The position numbers were made by a program, and so were the translations under genes. Positions 38,375 to 47,618 of a stretch of DNA of 64,000 bases are shown here, in pieces; within the stretch, counting starts at the first letter, position 1; the number at the start of each line of letters is the position of its first letter. The notes beneath the pieces are model-generated. The model was not told where the DNA came from, searched no databases, and saw only the letters and a program-made list of their open reading frames with translations. The stretch is from Escherichia coli (GTDB lineage: Bacteria; Pseudomonadota; Gammaproteobacteria; Enterobacterales; Enterobacteriaceae): the NCBI RefSeq assembly GCF_024700885.2, contig NZ_CP117014.1; one strand, given 5' to 3'.

Positions 38375-38781
38375 AGAAGATGATTTTTATCGCGGCATTG
38401 TTGGTGAATATCCAACAAGTGCATGCTTCAGCAGCTATTGTAGCCTCTACCGCCGCGACTACGGCTGCTGTAGCTGCTGCGAACTCTGCGAATATCGCAA
38501 ACCAACAGGCACAGCGTGCTGCTAATGCATCAGCCAGCGTTCACTCAATCACCATTAAGAGCAGTAAGCAAAATCTGGGATTCATAACGTGCGGCACGCG
38601 TTCTAATGAAGCTGTAGGTTCACTTGGATGTACGGTATATGGGGGTAGTGAGAATAGAGAAATTCCATGGAAAACGTGGCCCGGATACGTTCTTGGCTCG
38701 AAGCTCCCGGCCAGTTATGAAGTAAACGCCGTATCGTTTGATCACTATAACGGCGTGGCAACGGTCTATTTTGCATATTGA
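38371..38781 (+). CDS. Secreted Ala-rich small protein (136 aa)
   Basis: Signal-like N-terminus then low-complexity Ala/Thr run. Confidence 0.35.
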   Translation: MKKMIFIAALLVNIQQVHASAAIVASTAATTAAVAAANSANIANQQAQRAANASASVHSITIKSSKQNLGFITCGTRSNEAVGSLGCTVYGGSENREIPWKTWPGYVLGSKLPASYEVNAVSFDHYNGVATVYFAY

Positions 38782-38788
38782 GGCCCGC

Positions 38789-39322
38789 ATGAAATTCTCC
38801 AAATTTTCTGAGTTGGTGAATCGTATTTTGTTGAATCGTATTTTGTCCAACAACCACAGCCATCGTCGCGATATGGATGTAACGATCGTTGTTCATTCGC
38901 CTGGCAGCATTGGTTCAACACCCTCAGTTGAGGTTCAGTCAATTCACGCTGGTTTTGATTGGGATTCCGGGAAAGTGCTGATTTTCCCAGCACAGCCACT
39001 GACCACTCTAACACCAGAACAGATTACTGATATTACTGATAGTGTGCGCAAAGGTCAGTCCTGGCACGCATATCAGGAATACAAGAAGCATAAAGAGCAG
39101 TTGGAAAAATTATCGATTGAACTTGATACCGCAAAACAGCGCATTGCAGAGCTGGAGAGCAATCGCGCGGCGCTGGCGGCGGAGCATGGTATTCAGATTG
39201 CAATAAATGAACTGCTTGCTCTGGCCCCGCGTCTGGATAAACGAGCGGTGGATGCACTCTCTGTGGCTGTGGAGCACCTGTGTAAACTGATTAAGAAGGA
39301 GGCAGTCAGTGAGCAAAATTAA
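38789..39322 (+). CDS. Ea22-like coiled-coil protein (start refined to ATG 38789)
   Basis: IAELESNRAALAAEHG coiled-coil cassette shared with paralogs. Confidence 0.4.
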   Translation: MKFSKFSELVNRILLNRILSNNHSHRRDMDVTIVVHSPGSIGSTPSVEVQSIHAGFDWDSGKVLIFPAQPLTTLTPEQITDITDSVRKGQSWHAYQEYKKHKEQLEKLSIELDTAKQRIAELESNRAALAAEHGIQIAINELLALAPRLDKRAVDALSVAVEHLCKLIKKEAVSEQN

Positions 39323-40064
39323 TTACCAGGCACTGCGTGAGGCGGCAGAGAAAGCAACGTGGGGAGACTGGGACTCATATAAACCACACCGTGGCGCACG
39401 TGGTTATAAGGTCCGACTAAGTGGTCAGGCCATTGCGCAACACGTTCTGAAAAACAACGCTGAATTTATTGCTGCCTTTAATCCAAAGGTTGCTTTGGCA
39501 TTACTGGATGAACTGGAAAGAAACCAGCAATACATCAAACGCCGCGACCAGAAGAACGAGGATATTGCTCTTACGGTTGGGAAGCTGAGAGTTGAGCTTG
39601 AGGAAGTAAAACAACACGCTGAAGAATTATCCGAAACCAAGGCTGTTCGTAACCAATGGCGGCCAGATATTTGCCCAATAACCGGACGTGCATTTTTCAT
39701 GTGGATTGAGCATCCAACATTGGGAAATGTGCCGACATATGGTGGCCCATTAGATAGTTACACCATTCCAACAAAGGACGGTGACGGTGAGTTTTCATGT
39801 GAGCGTTACGATCATGATTTTGGCGGTTGGGTAGAAAGCGAATGTCTTGGGTTATATCTGATTGATGATAGAGAACAATGCAGGGTCTACGAACTGGAGG
39901 AGCGCGTTAAGGAACTGGATGCTCGGGAAATATCGCTCCCGGAACGTAGCAGCATGCTTCATCGAACAGATTTTCACGATGATTACCAAACGGTAATGGC
40001 ATACAAAGTTTCTGAAGTCATCGATGCAATCCGCGCTACTGGCATTCGCATCAAAGGAGAGTGA
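39309..40064 (+). CDS. Ea22/Ead-like early-region protein
   Basis: N-terminal YQALREAAEKAT / AAFNPKVALALL cassettes. Confidence 0.45.
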   Translation: MSKINYQALREAAEKATWGDWDSYKPHRGARGYKVRLSGQAIAQHVLKNNAEFIAAFNPKVALALLDELERNQQYIKRRDQKNEDIALTVGKLRVELEEVKQHAEELSETKAVRNQWRPDICPITGRAFFMWIEHPTLGNVPTYGGPLDSYTIPTKDGDGEFSCERYDHDFGGWVESECLGLYLIDDREQCRVYELEERVKELDAREISLPERSSMLHRTDFHDDYQTVMAYKVSEVIDAIRATGIRIKGE

Positions 40065-40065
40065 G

Positions 40066-40476
40066 ATGAACGCTATAACCAAAGAACGTATCAAATTATT
40101 CATTAAAAATCCGCTTGATAACGGACTTACTCGTGGCGAACAAATGGAACTGGCACGAATTGCTCTGGCATCGCTGGAAGCAGAGGCAGTTATGTTCTGT
40201 ATATCAGGACAAAATGTAGATTCAGAAGAACATGTATCAACCAGCAAAGCGGTTGTTGATGCCTGGGTTGAAGAATGGAATCAGGTTGACGGAAGTCCTG
40301 GCGAACCACTGTACAAAACTATGCCACTCTACTATCACGCTGCCTTGCCAGCGCCGGTAGTGCCGGATGAAATGTATTGGCAGGATGCGCCAGTTGAAGG
40401 CAGCAGCAAAGCGGCTGCATACGCTACAGGCTGGAACGCCTGCCGCGCCGCTATGCTTCATGGGAAAGGAGAGTGA
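40066..40476 (+). CDS. Small early-region protein sharing N-terminal cassette with 40752 gene
   Basis: ITKERIKLFIKNPLDNGLTRGEQMELARIALASLEA near-duplicated at start of next large gene. Confidence 0.4.
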   Translation: MNAITKERIKLFIKNPLDNGLTRGEQMELARIALASLEAEAVMFCISGQNVDSEEHVSTSKAVVDAWVEEWNQVDGSPGEPLYKTMPLYYHAALPAPVVPDEMYWQDAPVEGSSKAAAYATGWNACRAAMLHGKGE

Positions 40477-40478
40477 TA

Positions 40479-40741
40479 TGGCAACTTTAACAAAAAAAGA
40501 ACGGGCATGGTTGAACGAATTACAGGACGTTCTTGATCGCTGTCCATCACCGAAAAAAATTGGTTTTTACACCATTGGCGATAAAAGCATTTACCTGTAT
40601 GACCTGCGCCGCATGGATGAAATCATGGAGACTCTTGATAATCGTTCGTCGATGGATTGGTGTGTTGCTGTTCATGATATGAATGCAGGGTTTGATGAAA
40701 AGATTTTGTTCCCCTCATCAGTTGAAAGCACTGCGGGTTAA
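40479..40741 (+). CDS. Small early-region protein (87 aa; start refined to ATG 40479)
   Basis: AGGAGAG RBS; track ORF extends upstream in overlap. Confidence 0.35.
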
Positions 40742-40751
40742 GGAGTAACAC

Positions 40752-42272
40752 ATGACCACTATTACCAAAGAACGTATTGAATTGTTCATTAAAAATCCGC
40801 TTGAAAACGGGCTTACCCGTGGTGAACAAATGGAACTGGCACGGATTGCGCTGGCATCGCTGGAAGCAGATCCAGTTAAACGAGTTAACTCAGATCAGAT
40901 GCGCCGAGTCTGCTTAGAAGCTAATCGCCATTTAGATAAATATGACGCGATGGCGAAAGAGGTAAATAAGTTGCTTGGACGCATCGCCCCGCCAGCGCCG
41001 GTAGTGCCGGAAGAAGCAACTCCGGAAAACGTAGAAATGCTCTCTGGCTATGTTTCCACGTACAAATTAACCGATAGCGAGCGCGATATTGCTGCCGAAA
41101 TATGGAACGCCTGCCGCACCGCCATGCTTCAGTCCGGAAACTTTCGGGAAAGCAAGAATTCGTCAACCAATAATTTTCGGGAAATCGCGGAAACGTCAAC
41201 CAACTATCCGGTAATTCCTAGTGAGGTGTTGTCAGCAATCCTGAAGTTTGCCAGAGTTCGTGCCGATTTCGATGATTTTGACGGTGACAGGCGAGGTATC
41301 GGTGATTGTCTGGATGAGGCCGAGCAAGAGCTTATCGTTACCATTAACAAATATGCCAGTCAGTTGGCAGCAGAACCGATAGCGACTAATGACGTTCGAG
41401 AGCAAACAGCCGTTCCGCCAATACAGGCTGATGTCGCGCAAGCAATTGAAAATCTCAAGCAGAAGTTAGTGGAATGCAATCGCTATAACTACTGCGCAGA
41501 TGCAGTTAAAGGCGTAGAGGATGCCAGCCGCGTCTTGGCACTCCAAAATCAAAATATGTCAGCACCGGTAACGCCGGAGGCCATTGAAAACGCAATTGAA
41601 TATATCCGCAGTATCGCTTTTCACATCGATGAAGACGATTACCACGGCAAGCATATTGCGTATTTCATGCGACAAGCATTGGCCTGGCTGGAAGGGCATT
41701 CATGCAGCGACGACAGGCTGGGTAAGGCCGACAATCAACCCGCATCTGGTAACCAGTCTGCCGAATCCAATCGCGGTAATGAGTGGACCGGCAATCCTGA
41801 TATTGATAACGCCATCATCATGCTCGACCGCATAGATACGGCGGAAAGTTGCGATGATGACCGTATTGAGGCCGTTAAGGCTGTGTTGCGTAGACTGGCA
41901 GGCAACTATCCGGATATTCCGGATAGTTCGGTGCCAGCGCCAGGAAAGGGCGTCACCGGTGAACGTATCCGCATTAAGCCGCATGTTTATCGCGAACTGG
42001 TTAACCGTCTCCACGATACAGCGATCAAGTGTGCTGGCACCCAGCAATTACGAGAAAGAATTAGCCGTGTTTTGGGCGACGTTATTACACCAGATCATCA
42101 TAAACAAGCCGAGAAAAGTGGCCTGGAAAGGTGTCGCCTTGAGGCGGCATTAAACATTAAGCCGGGGCATACGCTTGGCATTATTGATGCACTATTGGTT
42201 CATAAGATGGCCAGGGCTTTATTGCCGCTGGTGGCTGAAAAGCATGAGGTGGACCATGCCAACGAAAGCTGA
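40752..42272 (+). CDS. Large early-region protein (506 aa) with Ea22-type N-terminal cassette
   Basis: N-terminus duplicates 40066 gene; internal APPAPVVPEE linker also shared. Confidence 0.4.
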   Translation: MTTITKERIELFIKNPLENGLTRGEQMELARIALASLEADPVKRVNSDQMRRVCLEANRHLDKYDAMAKEVNKLLGRIAPPAPVVPEEATPENVEMLSGYVSTYKLTDSERDIAAEIWNACRTAMLQSGNFRESKNSSTNNFREIAETSTNYPVIPSEVLSAILKFARVRADFDDFDGDRRGIGDCLDEAEQELIVTINKYASQLAAEPIATNDVREQTAVPPIQADVAQAIENLKQKLVECNRYNYCADAVKGVEDASRVLALQNQNMSAPVTPEAIENAIEYIRSIAFHIDEDDYHGKHIAYFMRQALAWLEGHSCSDDRLGKADNQPASGNQSAESNRGNEWTGNPDIDNAIIMLDRIDTAESCDDDRIEAVKAVLRRLAGNYPDIPDSSVPAPGKGVTGERIRIKPHVYRELVNRLHDTAIKCAGTQQLRERISRVLGDVITPDHHKQAEKSGLERCRLEAALNIKPGHTLGIIDALLVHKMARALLPLVAEKHEVDHANES

Positions 42273-42540
42273 ATTACAGGTGCGCGTAGATGAGCTTGAA
42301 AAAGAGAACGCGAGCCTCAAAAAAATGCTGTCGCGGGCGGAAAGGGAATTATCAGGCAAATTATTGCCAGAAGAACTGCCACCAGCAGATATACCTGATC
42401 GAGTGTCCTGGTGGATGAAGTATTTCCGTGCACCGTGGGAGGCGTTTTGGTGCTACGACCATCGCAGATGGTGTGATGAGCTTGATAGCAGTTTCCCCTA
42501 TTTTGCAGAAGGGAACTCTTGCCCTGAATGTAGGCGTTAA
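42256..42540 (+). CDS. Coiled-coil / zinc-ribbon small protein, paralog A
   Basis: C-terminal W..PWE.F.C.DH..W.DELD.SFPYF...CP.C shared with next gene. Confidence 0.4.
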   Translation: MPTKAELQVRVDELEKENASLKKMLSRAERELSGKLLPEELPPADIPDRVSWWMKYFRAPWEAFWCYDHRRWCDELDSSFPYFAEGNSCPECRR

Positions 42541-42845
42541 TGATGACCGGCGAGCTTTATTTTAAAATGGCACGGGAGCGGCGTGTGCATCTGGATCGGA
42601 TATTTCATCTCCAGAAGAGAGTAGAAGAACTGGAACGTCGTCTGAACTGTTATCCTGTTGATATGGTGTCTGCAATACCGCCGATTCCAATAGAAATGCA
42701 GATCCGCCTATGGATGGAAGAATATGGAATGCCGTGGGAGATATTTTTCTGCTTCGACCATAAACAGTGGGTAGATGAGCTGGATAATAGTTTCCCATAT
42801 TTCACAGAGAACACATGCCCAGTATGCAGGAAGAACGGAATATGA
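42540..42845 (+). CDS. Coiled-coil / zinc-ribbon small protein, paralog B
   Basis: Tandem paralog of previous gene. Confidence 0.4.
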   Translation: MMTGELYFKMARERRVHLDRIFHLQKRVEELERRLNCYPVDMVSAIPPIPIEMQIRLWMEEYGMPWEIFFCFDHKQWVDELDNSFPYFTENTCPVCRKNGI

Positions 42846-43366
42846 CAAAATTTGGAAAGCTGGAAGCTCATTTGCTAACTCGCAACTACCGCCATGATAT
42901 ACACCCATATAGACAGTGGATCGATGAAAGCGAAGGAGTAGTTACATTCCCTCTCTACAGGTTTGATGGGATGTTGGCTGGGTATCAGACATATAGACCA
43001 GGTGCACCTAAGCAGCATAGCAATCCGAAGATGGCCCGGTATTTCACGCGATCACACGGCAGACAGTTACTTTGGGGAACCTATCTTCCTTTAAAAGATG
43101 GCCCAATATGGATAACTGAGTCTATTTTTAAGAGCGCAGCTGTACACAACGCGGGCGGCAATTCGTGGGCGCTGTTAGGTTCAACTTTCTCCGCAGGATT
43201 ACGCCGTCAACTTGCGATGCTGCCGTATGACTTTCGCGTAATAGGTGACAATGATGCGGCTGGTGAATCACTTGTGAAGTCTTTCGGAAAAGGTTTTGTG
43301 GCCCCGGATCTTGACGAGCTACAACCACATGAAGTGTCTCATTTGATTTTTAGCCATAGCCAATAA
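42815..43366 (+). CDS. Hypothetical protein with Toprim-like acidic motif (start uncertain)
   Basis: ...ITESIFKSAAV...VIGDNDAAGE... resembles a Toprim E / DxD arrangement. Confidence 0.3.
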   Translation: MPSMQEERNMTKFGKLEAHLLTRNYRHDIHPYRQWIDESEGVVTFPLYRFDGMLAGYQTYRPGAPKQHSNPKMARYFTRSHGRQLLWGTYLPLKDGPIWITESIFKSAAVHNAGGNSWALLGSTFSAGLRRQLAMLPYDFRVIGDNDAAGESLVKSFGKGFVAPDLDELQPHEVSHLIFSHSQ

Positions 43367-43574
43367 GCATCTCTCCCCTTTGAGGTCACAATTAGTGGCC
43401 TTAAACAATGTGTTTTCTACCTCGATTTAGCCTTTATTATCGTTTTGCATTTCTCTAATCCGGGCAACGAGGTTACGCTGATTCGTTGGTGATGAATAGT
43501 AGCAAAGCGCACAAAATCATCTGCGGTGGTTGATGTACGTAACGCGTTTGCACCAAATGTGTCTCTTTAATGTA

Positions 43575-43594
43575 TACTGTATAAATGAACAGTA
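43575..43594. promoter_or_regulatory. LexA (SOS) box upstream of humD
   Basis: TACTGTATAAATGAACAGTA = CTGT-N8-ACAG consensus, 20 bp upstream of ATG. Confidence 0.7.
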
Positions 43595-43613
43595 TTATTG
43601 AGGTGAAAACGCT

Positions 43614-44003
43614 ATGGGCTTCCCTTCTCCTGCGGCGGACTATGTTGAAAGCCGAATTTCTCTTGATCAGCAACTAATCAGGCATCCATCAGCGACATAC
43701 TTCATGCGGGCGGCAGACAGCCATCACCGTGAGGGAATATTGCAGGGTGCTTTGCTGGTGGTTGATTCTTCGCTTACTCCAGTTGATGGTTCGCTGCTTG
43801 TGTGCGCTATGGAGGGAGAATATCGCGTAAAAAGATACCGGAAGTATCCGCGCCAGCACCTGGAGGATTTAAGCACCGGGAAGAAAGAGGCGTTACCAGT
43901 AGATGACGATGGTTACACGGGTAGTAATGCTGTTTTTGGTGTGATCACCCACATTATCAATGACGCCAGGGGCGGTGAATTTGATGATAGTCCTGCTATA
44001 TGA
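43614..44003 (+). CDS. humD: UmuD-prime-like S24 peptidase-fold protein (P1 HumD-like)
   Basis: 129 aa aligning with UmuD C-terminal domain (...LLVVDSS...GEYRVKRY...FGVITHII); SOS box upstream. Confidence 0.65.
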   Translation: MGFPSPAADYVESRISLDQQLIRHPSATYFMRAADSHHREGILQGALLVVDSSLTPVDGSLLVCAMEGEYRVKRYRKYPRQHLEDLSTGKKEALPVDDDGYTGSNAVFGVITHIINDARGGEFDDSPAI

Positions 44004-44137
44004 TTTGTTTTCAGAGAAACCATAGAGAGGCATGACTGGATCTATATCGCCCTGGCCATTTAAATGATTCCTCCCATTAGACGCGGTTACTCACTTGAAG
44101 ATAAGATGAGGTTATAATTCTCTTTTTAGGTACGCGA

Positions 44138-44560
44138 ATGAGTTCGTCTGCTTTTGTCACTGTTGTCACTGGAGTAAGCGTTTTTGTCCTAGGTCGACTC
44201 ATCATCAAGGGGGTTGAGTCTTACATTTCATTCAAGGAACAGTTGGGGGAAATATCGCATCTGTTATTGTCTAACCAAGCAAAGCTATCGAATCCCCGCT
44301 CTGACTTAAAACAAGAAATCATCCATGATTTGAAAGATGCGGCAGCACAGTTACGGGTGAAGTACGAACTATTACCTTTCTATATCAAAATGTTACACAT
44401 CGGTTTTCGCCTTGTTCCATCAGAAACTGAAATTCGTAAAGCGGCGCAAGAATTGAATCTGATAGCCTCGATACATGATGGTAAAACCGGAGAGCTGCCA
44501 TATGAGCACATAGCCAAGATTGGATTACTGCTCAGAATTCCAACCACTTATTCTGCTTAA
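44138..44560 (+). CDS. Membrane-anchored hypothetical protein (140 aa)
   Basis: N-terminal TM helix (SAFVTVVTGVSVFVLGRLII); AT-rich gene between humD and phd. Confidence 0.4.
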   Translation: MSSSAFVTVVTGVSVFVLGRLIIKGVESYISFKEQLGEISHLLLSNQAKLSNPRSDLKQEIIHDLKDAAAQLRVKYELLPFYIKMLHIGFRLVPSETEIRKAAQELNLIASIHDGKTGELPYEHIAKIGLLLRIPTTYSA

Positions 44561-44668
44561 TCCCAGCAATTGCAAGACTGCATCTCGAGGATTTAAGGCA
44601 CCAAGAAGTGGTATTCAGCATCATTAAAACCTATAATTGCGTACACATAACGAGCACACGAGGTGTTT

Positions 44669-44890
44669 ATGCAATCCATTAACTTCCGTACCGCGCGCGG
44701 CAACCTTTCTGAAGTGCTCAACAATGTTGAAGCCGGGGAAGAGGTTGAAATCACCCGCAGAGGCCGTGAGCCAGCAGTAATTGTCAGCAAGGCTACTTTT
44801 GAAGCCTACAAAAAAGCGGCGCTGGATGCCGAATTTGCATCCCTGTTTGACACCCTGGACTCCACCAACAAGGAACTGGTTAACCGATAA
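44669..44890 (+). CDS. phd: Phd antitoxin
   Basis: 73 aa from [13 protein letters not shown]...; recognised as P1 Phd; stop overlaps doc start. Confidence 0.85.
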
Positions 44891-45270
44891 TGAGGCATAT
44901 ATCACCGGAAGAACTTATTGCGCTTCATGATGCGAATATAAGCCGCTACGGCGGCCTGCCGGGAATGTCAGATCCGGGTAGGGCAGAGGCCATTATCGGG
45001 AGAGTTCAGGCCAGAGTTGCCTACGAAGAGATCACCGACCTTTTCGAAGTCTCCGCCACCTACCTGGTGGCTACGGCGAGAGGGCATATATTCAATGATG
45101 CCAATAAGCGTACCGCGCTAAACAGTGCGCTGCTATTTCTACGCCGTAACGGTATACAGGTATATGATGATCCCGTGCTGGTGGAGCTTGCAGTGGGGGC
45201 TGCAACTGGTGAAATCCCCGTATCTTCAGTAGCGAAAAAACTACGTGAACTATATGGTTCCAATATTTGA
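44890..45270 (+). CDS. doc: Doc toxin (Fic-fold kinase)
   Basis: 126 aa with HIFNDANKR Fic motif; P1 Doc-like. Confidence 0.85.
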
Positions 45271-45305
45271 AAAGAAGCCCGCTCAACCAGGCGGGCTTCT
45301 TACTA

Positions 45306-46400
45306 TCACTCAATGATTTTTTCTGCTGTCAGCCAGCTAATTTCTTGCCTGTCTTTCGGCGGTTTTAGCATGTGGGCGTATTCAGCGACATTCTCCCACG
45401 GAATTGTTTTTGCCCACTCAACGATAGCATTGTGATCTGCAGTGAAGAGTGGAATGGTGTGCGATTTCAACCATTCTAATGTCGTGACGCCATGTTTTTT
45501 GGCGTGGTGCTGCGCATGATGCCGGGCTATCACTCGTAATGGTATTGTCCATTCACTACCATCAGGCATCGAAAAGCGCATTGTCTTCGGCATATCTGAT
45601 TCAAGAACAGCCTCCCTAATACCAGGGAACTCACCAAGAATCATACGACGATAGTCATCACTATTTCGCCCGCCATACCTTTCGGCAAAATGATCAAGAT
45701 ATTCTTGGGTAATAAATGGTGAATCCTCCGCACTCAGCTTAATGGCTTTATATACACCACTCGGATTATCTTCAGCTAAAGCACGTCCATGATGTGAATC
45801 ATAAAAAAAGCCTATTTCCTCTGGTGACGGAATTGAAGTGAGCAATATGCGTGAATCACCACTAGTCATGCTTGCCCACACAATGCTGTATGCCCGATCG
45901 CTGATATGTGCGGAATCCACAATAATGAATAAAAGATGGTCGGCGTAGTGACCTGCAATGCTATCTTCATAGTTAAGGCGGAAGTTACAAAAGCACATTC
46001 CCCAAAATTCATTGAACATCAGACCGCTATCACCGACCTTAAAATACTCAATGATAAAAGGTTGTTTTTTCAGCAATGCCTCCCAACATTGCCACACATA
46101 TGCAACAATTCCTCTTTTGCAAACATTTGATTTTGGATAAACAATTACTGTCCGGGAATCAGGATACATAATCGTATAAAGGGTACTAATAACAGCAAGC
46201 ACTTGCGGTCGTCCGATCCCATACGGAGTGGTGACAGTAGCTTTTGCATTATTGGGCTGTATAGCTTCAACAATTTGTTGTTGCTGGTGGCTTAAATCAA
46301 TATCAAACAATTCTTTTGCTGCCAGTACCCAATTGTCTTTATATTTCTCCACCAGCGACAGCCAGCGCGGATCTTTATAAATATTGCTCTTAGTCGCCAT
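45306..46400 (-). CDS. PacB-like terminase large-subunit paralog with degenerate Walker motifs (365 aa)
   Basis: Collinear with PacB N-terminal half (SHQQQQI, DSHHGRA, ESPF, YGGR) but Walker A GHGTGKSS replaced by PYGIGRPQ and Walker B LDEAS by VDSAH; start ATG 46400. Confidence 0.5.
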   Translation of the reverse strand: MATKSNIYKDPRWLSLVEKYKDNWVLAAKELFDIDLSHQQQQIVEAIQPNNAKATVTTPYGIGRPQVLAVISTLYTIMYPDSRTVIVYPKSNVCKRGIVAYVWQCWEALLKKQPFIIEYFKVGDSGLMFNEFWGMCFCNFRLNYEDSIAGHYADHLLFIIVDSAHISDRAYSIVWASMTSGDSRILLTSIPSPEEIGFFYDSHHGRALAEDNPSGVYKAIKLSAEDSPFITQEYLDHFAERYGGRNSDDYRRMILGEFPGIREAVLESDMPKTMRFSMPDGSEWTIPLRVIARHHAQHHAKKHGVTTLEWLKSHTIPLFTADHNAIVEWAKTIPWENVAEYAHMLKPPKDRQEISWLTAEKIIE

Positions 46401-47157
46401 CTGCCACTTCCTTAACTTCTTCTTTGGCCTGTTCTGCAATCGCCGCACGGCATTTCGCCCTGGCTGTAGCGATTGCTTCAGCTCGCACATCGTCTGGAAT
46501 CGTTGACGTGATATACATATCCAGTTCTTCGGCACGGAATACTGTTTGGTCCAGATATTCGCGTAGCATCCAGGTAAATTCGAAATCACACGCGATAATC
46601 TCTGCGCTACCTTCTGCACCATTTGGGAAATGAATAAATGCCTGTTTAGCCAAACCGATAACACGACATGCGGTTGCCAAAACAGCGACAACTAGGTTTA
46701 CATTTTCACACGCTACGGGCTGGTTAACGCCGGAGATTACTCCATTTAACTGTCGGTTATATGGAAGGTAGTTTGAGATGCGTTCTACGCGCCATGTGCC
46801 AGTCAGGCTGCCATTTTTAAATATAATTGGTGTAACGGATAGCCCAAGCTCGCGTATAAGTCGTTGCGCTATAGCAGGATCATTAAACAGGTCTAATGCT
46901 ACACATTCGAAAGACTGCGCAAGGGCAAACAGTTCTTCCAGAGAGTAGTCTTTGCCCCTGGCGGTGATGTAACGACGAACGCCGCTGTCTGCATCACTCC
47001 ATATAGCTACGCCATGCTCTTCATTCAGCTCTTCATTAAAGCCGAGATACGTCATGATAGTGCGTTCAATCGTGTCAAACGGCAGTGACATGTCGGCGTT
47101 AACAGCCACCAGCAGGCCATTACGCAAGCGGTATTGAATTGTTTTAGTGCTTTCCAT
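46390..47157 (-). CDS. Hypothetical protein (255 aa)
   Basis: ORF overlapping paralog start. Confidence 0.4.
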   Translation of the reverse strand: MESTKTIQYRLRNGLLVAVNADMSLPFDTIERTIMTYLGFNEELNEEHGVAIWSDADSGVRRYITARGKDYSLEELFALAQSFECVALDLFNDPAIAQRLIRELGLSVTPIIFKNGSLTGTWRVERISNYLPYNRQLNGVISGVNQPVACENVNLVVAVLATACRVIGLAKQAFIHFPNGAEGSAEIIACDFEFTWMLREYLDQTVFRAEELDMYITSTIPDDVRAEAIATARAKCRAAIAEQAKEEVKEVADGD

Positions 47158-47163
47158 GTCAAA

Positions 47164-47604
47164 TCACTCCACAACAAACCAGTCACAGGCCAGCAGGTCG
47201 CCAACTGAAGGCACCCACGGAACAACTACACCTTGTGCATTTTTTAAGGCGAAATAAGCACCATACGGAACGAGGTCGCCGGGGAAATATCCCTTAATGG
47301 CTTCCATTCGTGCCGGGTACTGTCCTTCAGGAACCAGCCAGCAGAATTGGTTTTCGCCGTTCCACCCGCGTCGAGCAACTTTCTTGCCTTCCTTCAGCCA
47401 CATCAGCGCGTCTGAAAAGTCGGCTGCTTCAAGGTCGATTTCTTCTTGCTGGGTGGTGATGCCACCAGCAGAAATAGTTACGCTCCCGGTAAGATTAATC
47501 ATCACGCCGTTGTCATCCGTAATGATGACCGTGGTTCCATTTTTTTTGTGAGCTTTGTATTTGGGACGGAACTTAAAAAGCTCTTTCGTTGCCATGTTAT
47601 TCAT
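47164..47604 (-). CDS. DUF2829-like (Tad2-like) domain protein with N-terminal extension
   Basis: C-terminal half ...DALMWLKEGKKVARRGWNG...VGDLLACDWFVVE matches the DUF2829 pattern from memory. Confidence 0.5.
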   Translation of the reverse strand: MNNMATKELFKFRPKYKAHKKNGTTVIITDDNGVMINLTGSVTISAGGITTQQEEIDLEAADFSDALMWLKEGKKVARRGWNGENQFCWLVPEGQYPARMEAIKGYFPGDLVPYGAYFALKNAQGVVVPWVPSVGDLLACDWFVVE

Positions 47605-47618
47605 AGTCTTTTCTCTGC

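Noticed and set aside
38440-38480. Short GCT/GCA-rich nucleotide repeats
   Set aside because: Coding low-complexity Ala/Thr run within the 38371-38781 gene; no spacer-repeat periodicity, not CRISPR.
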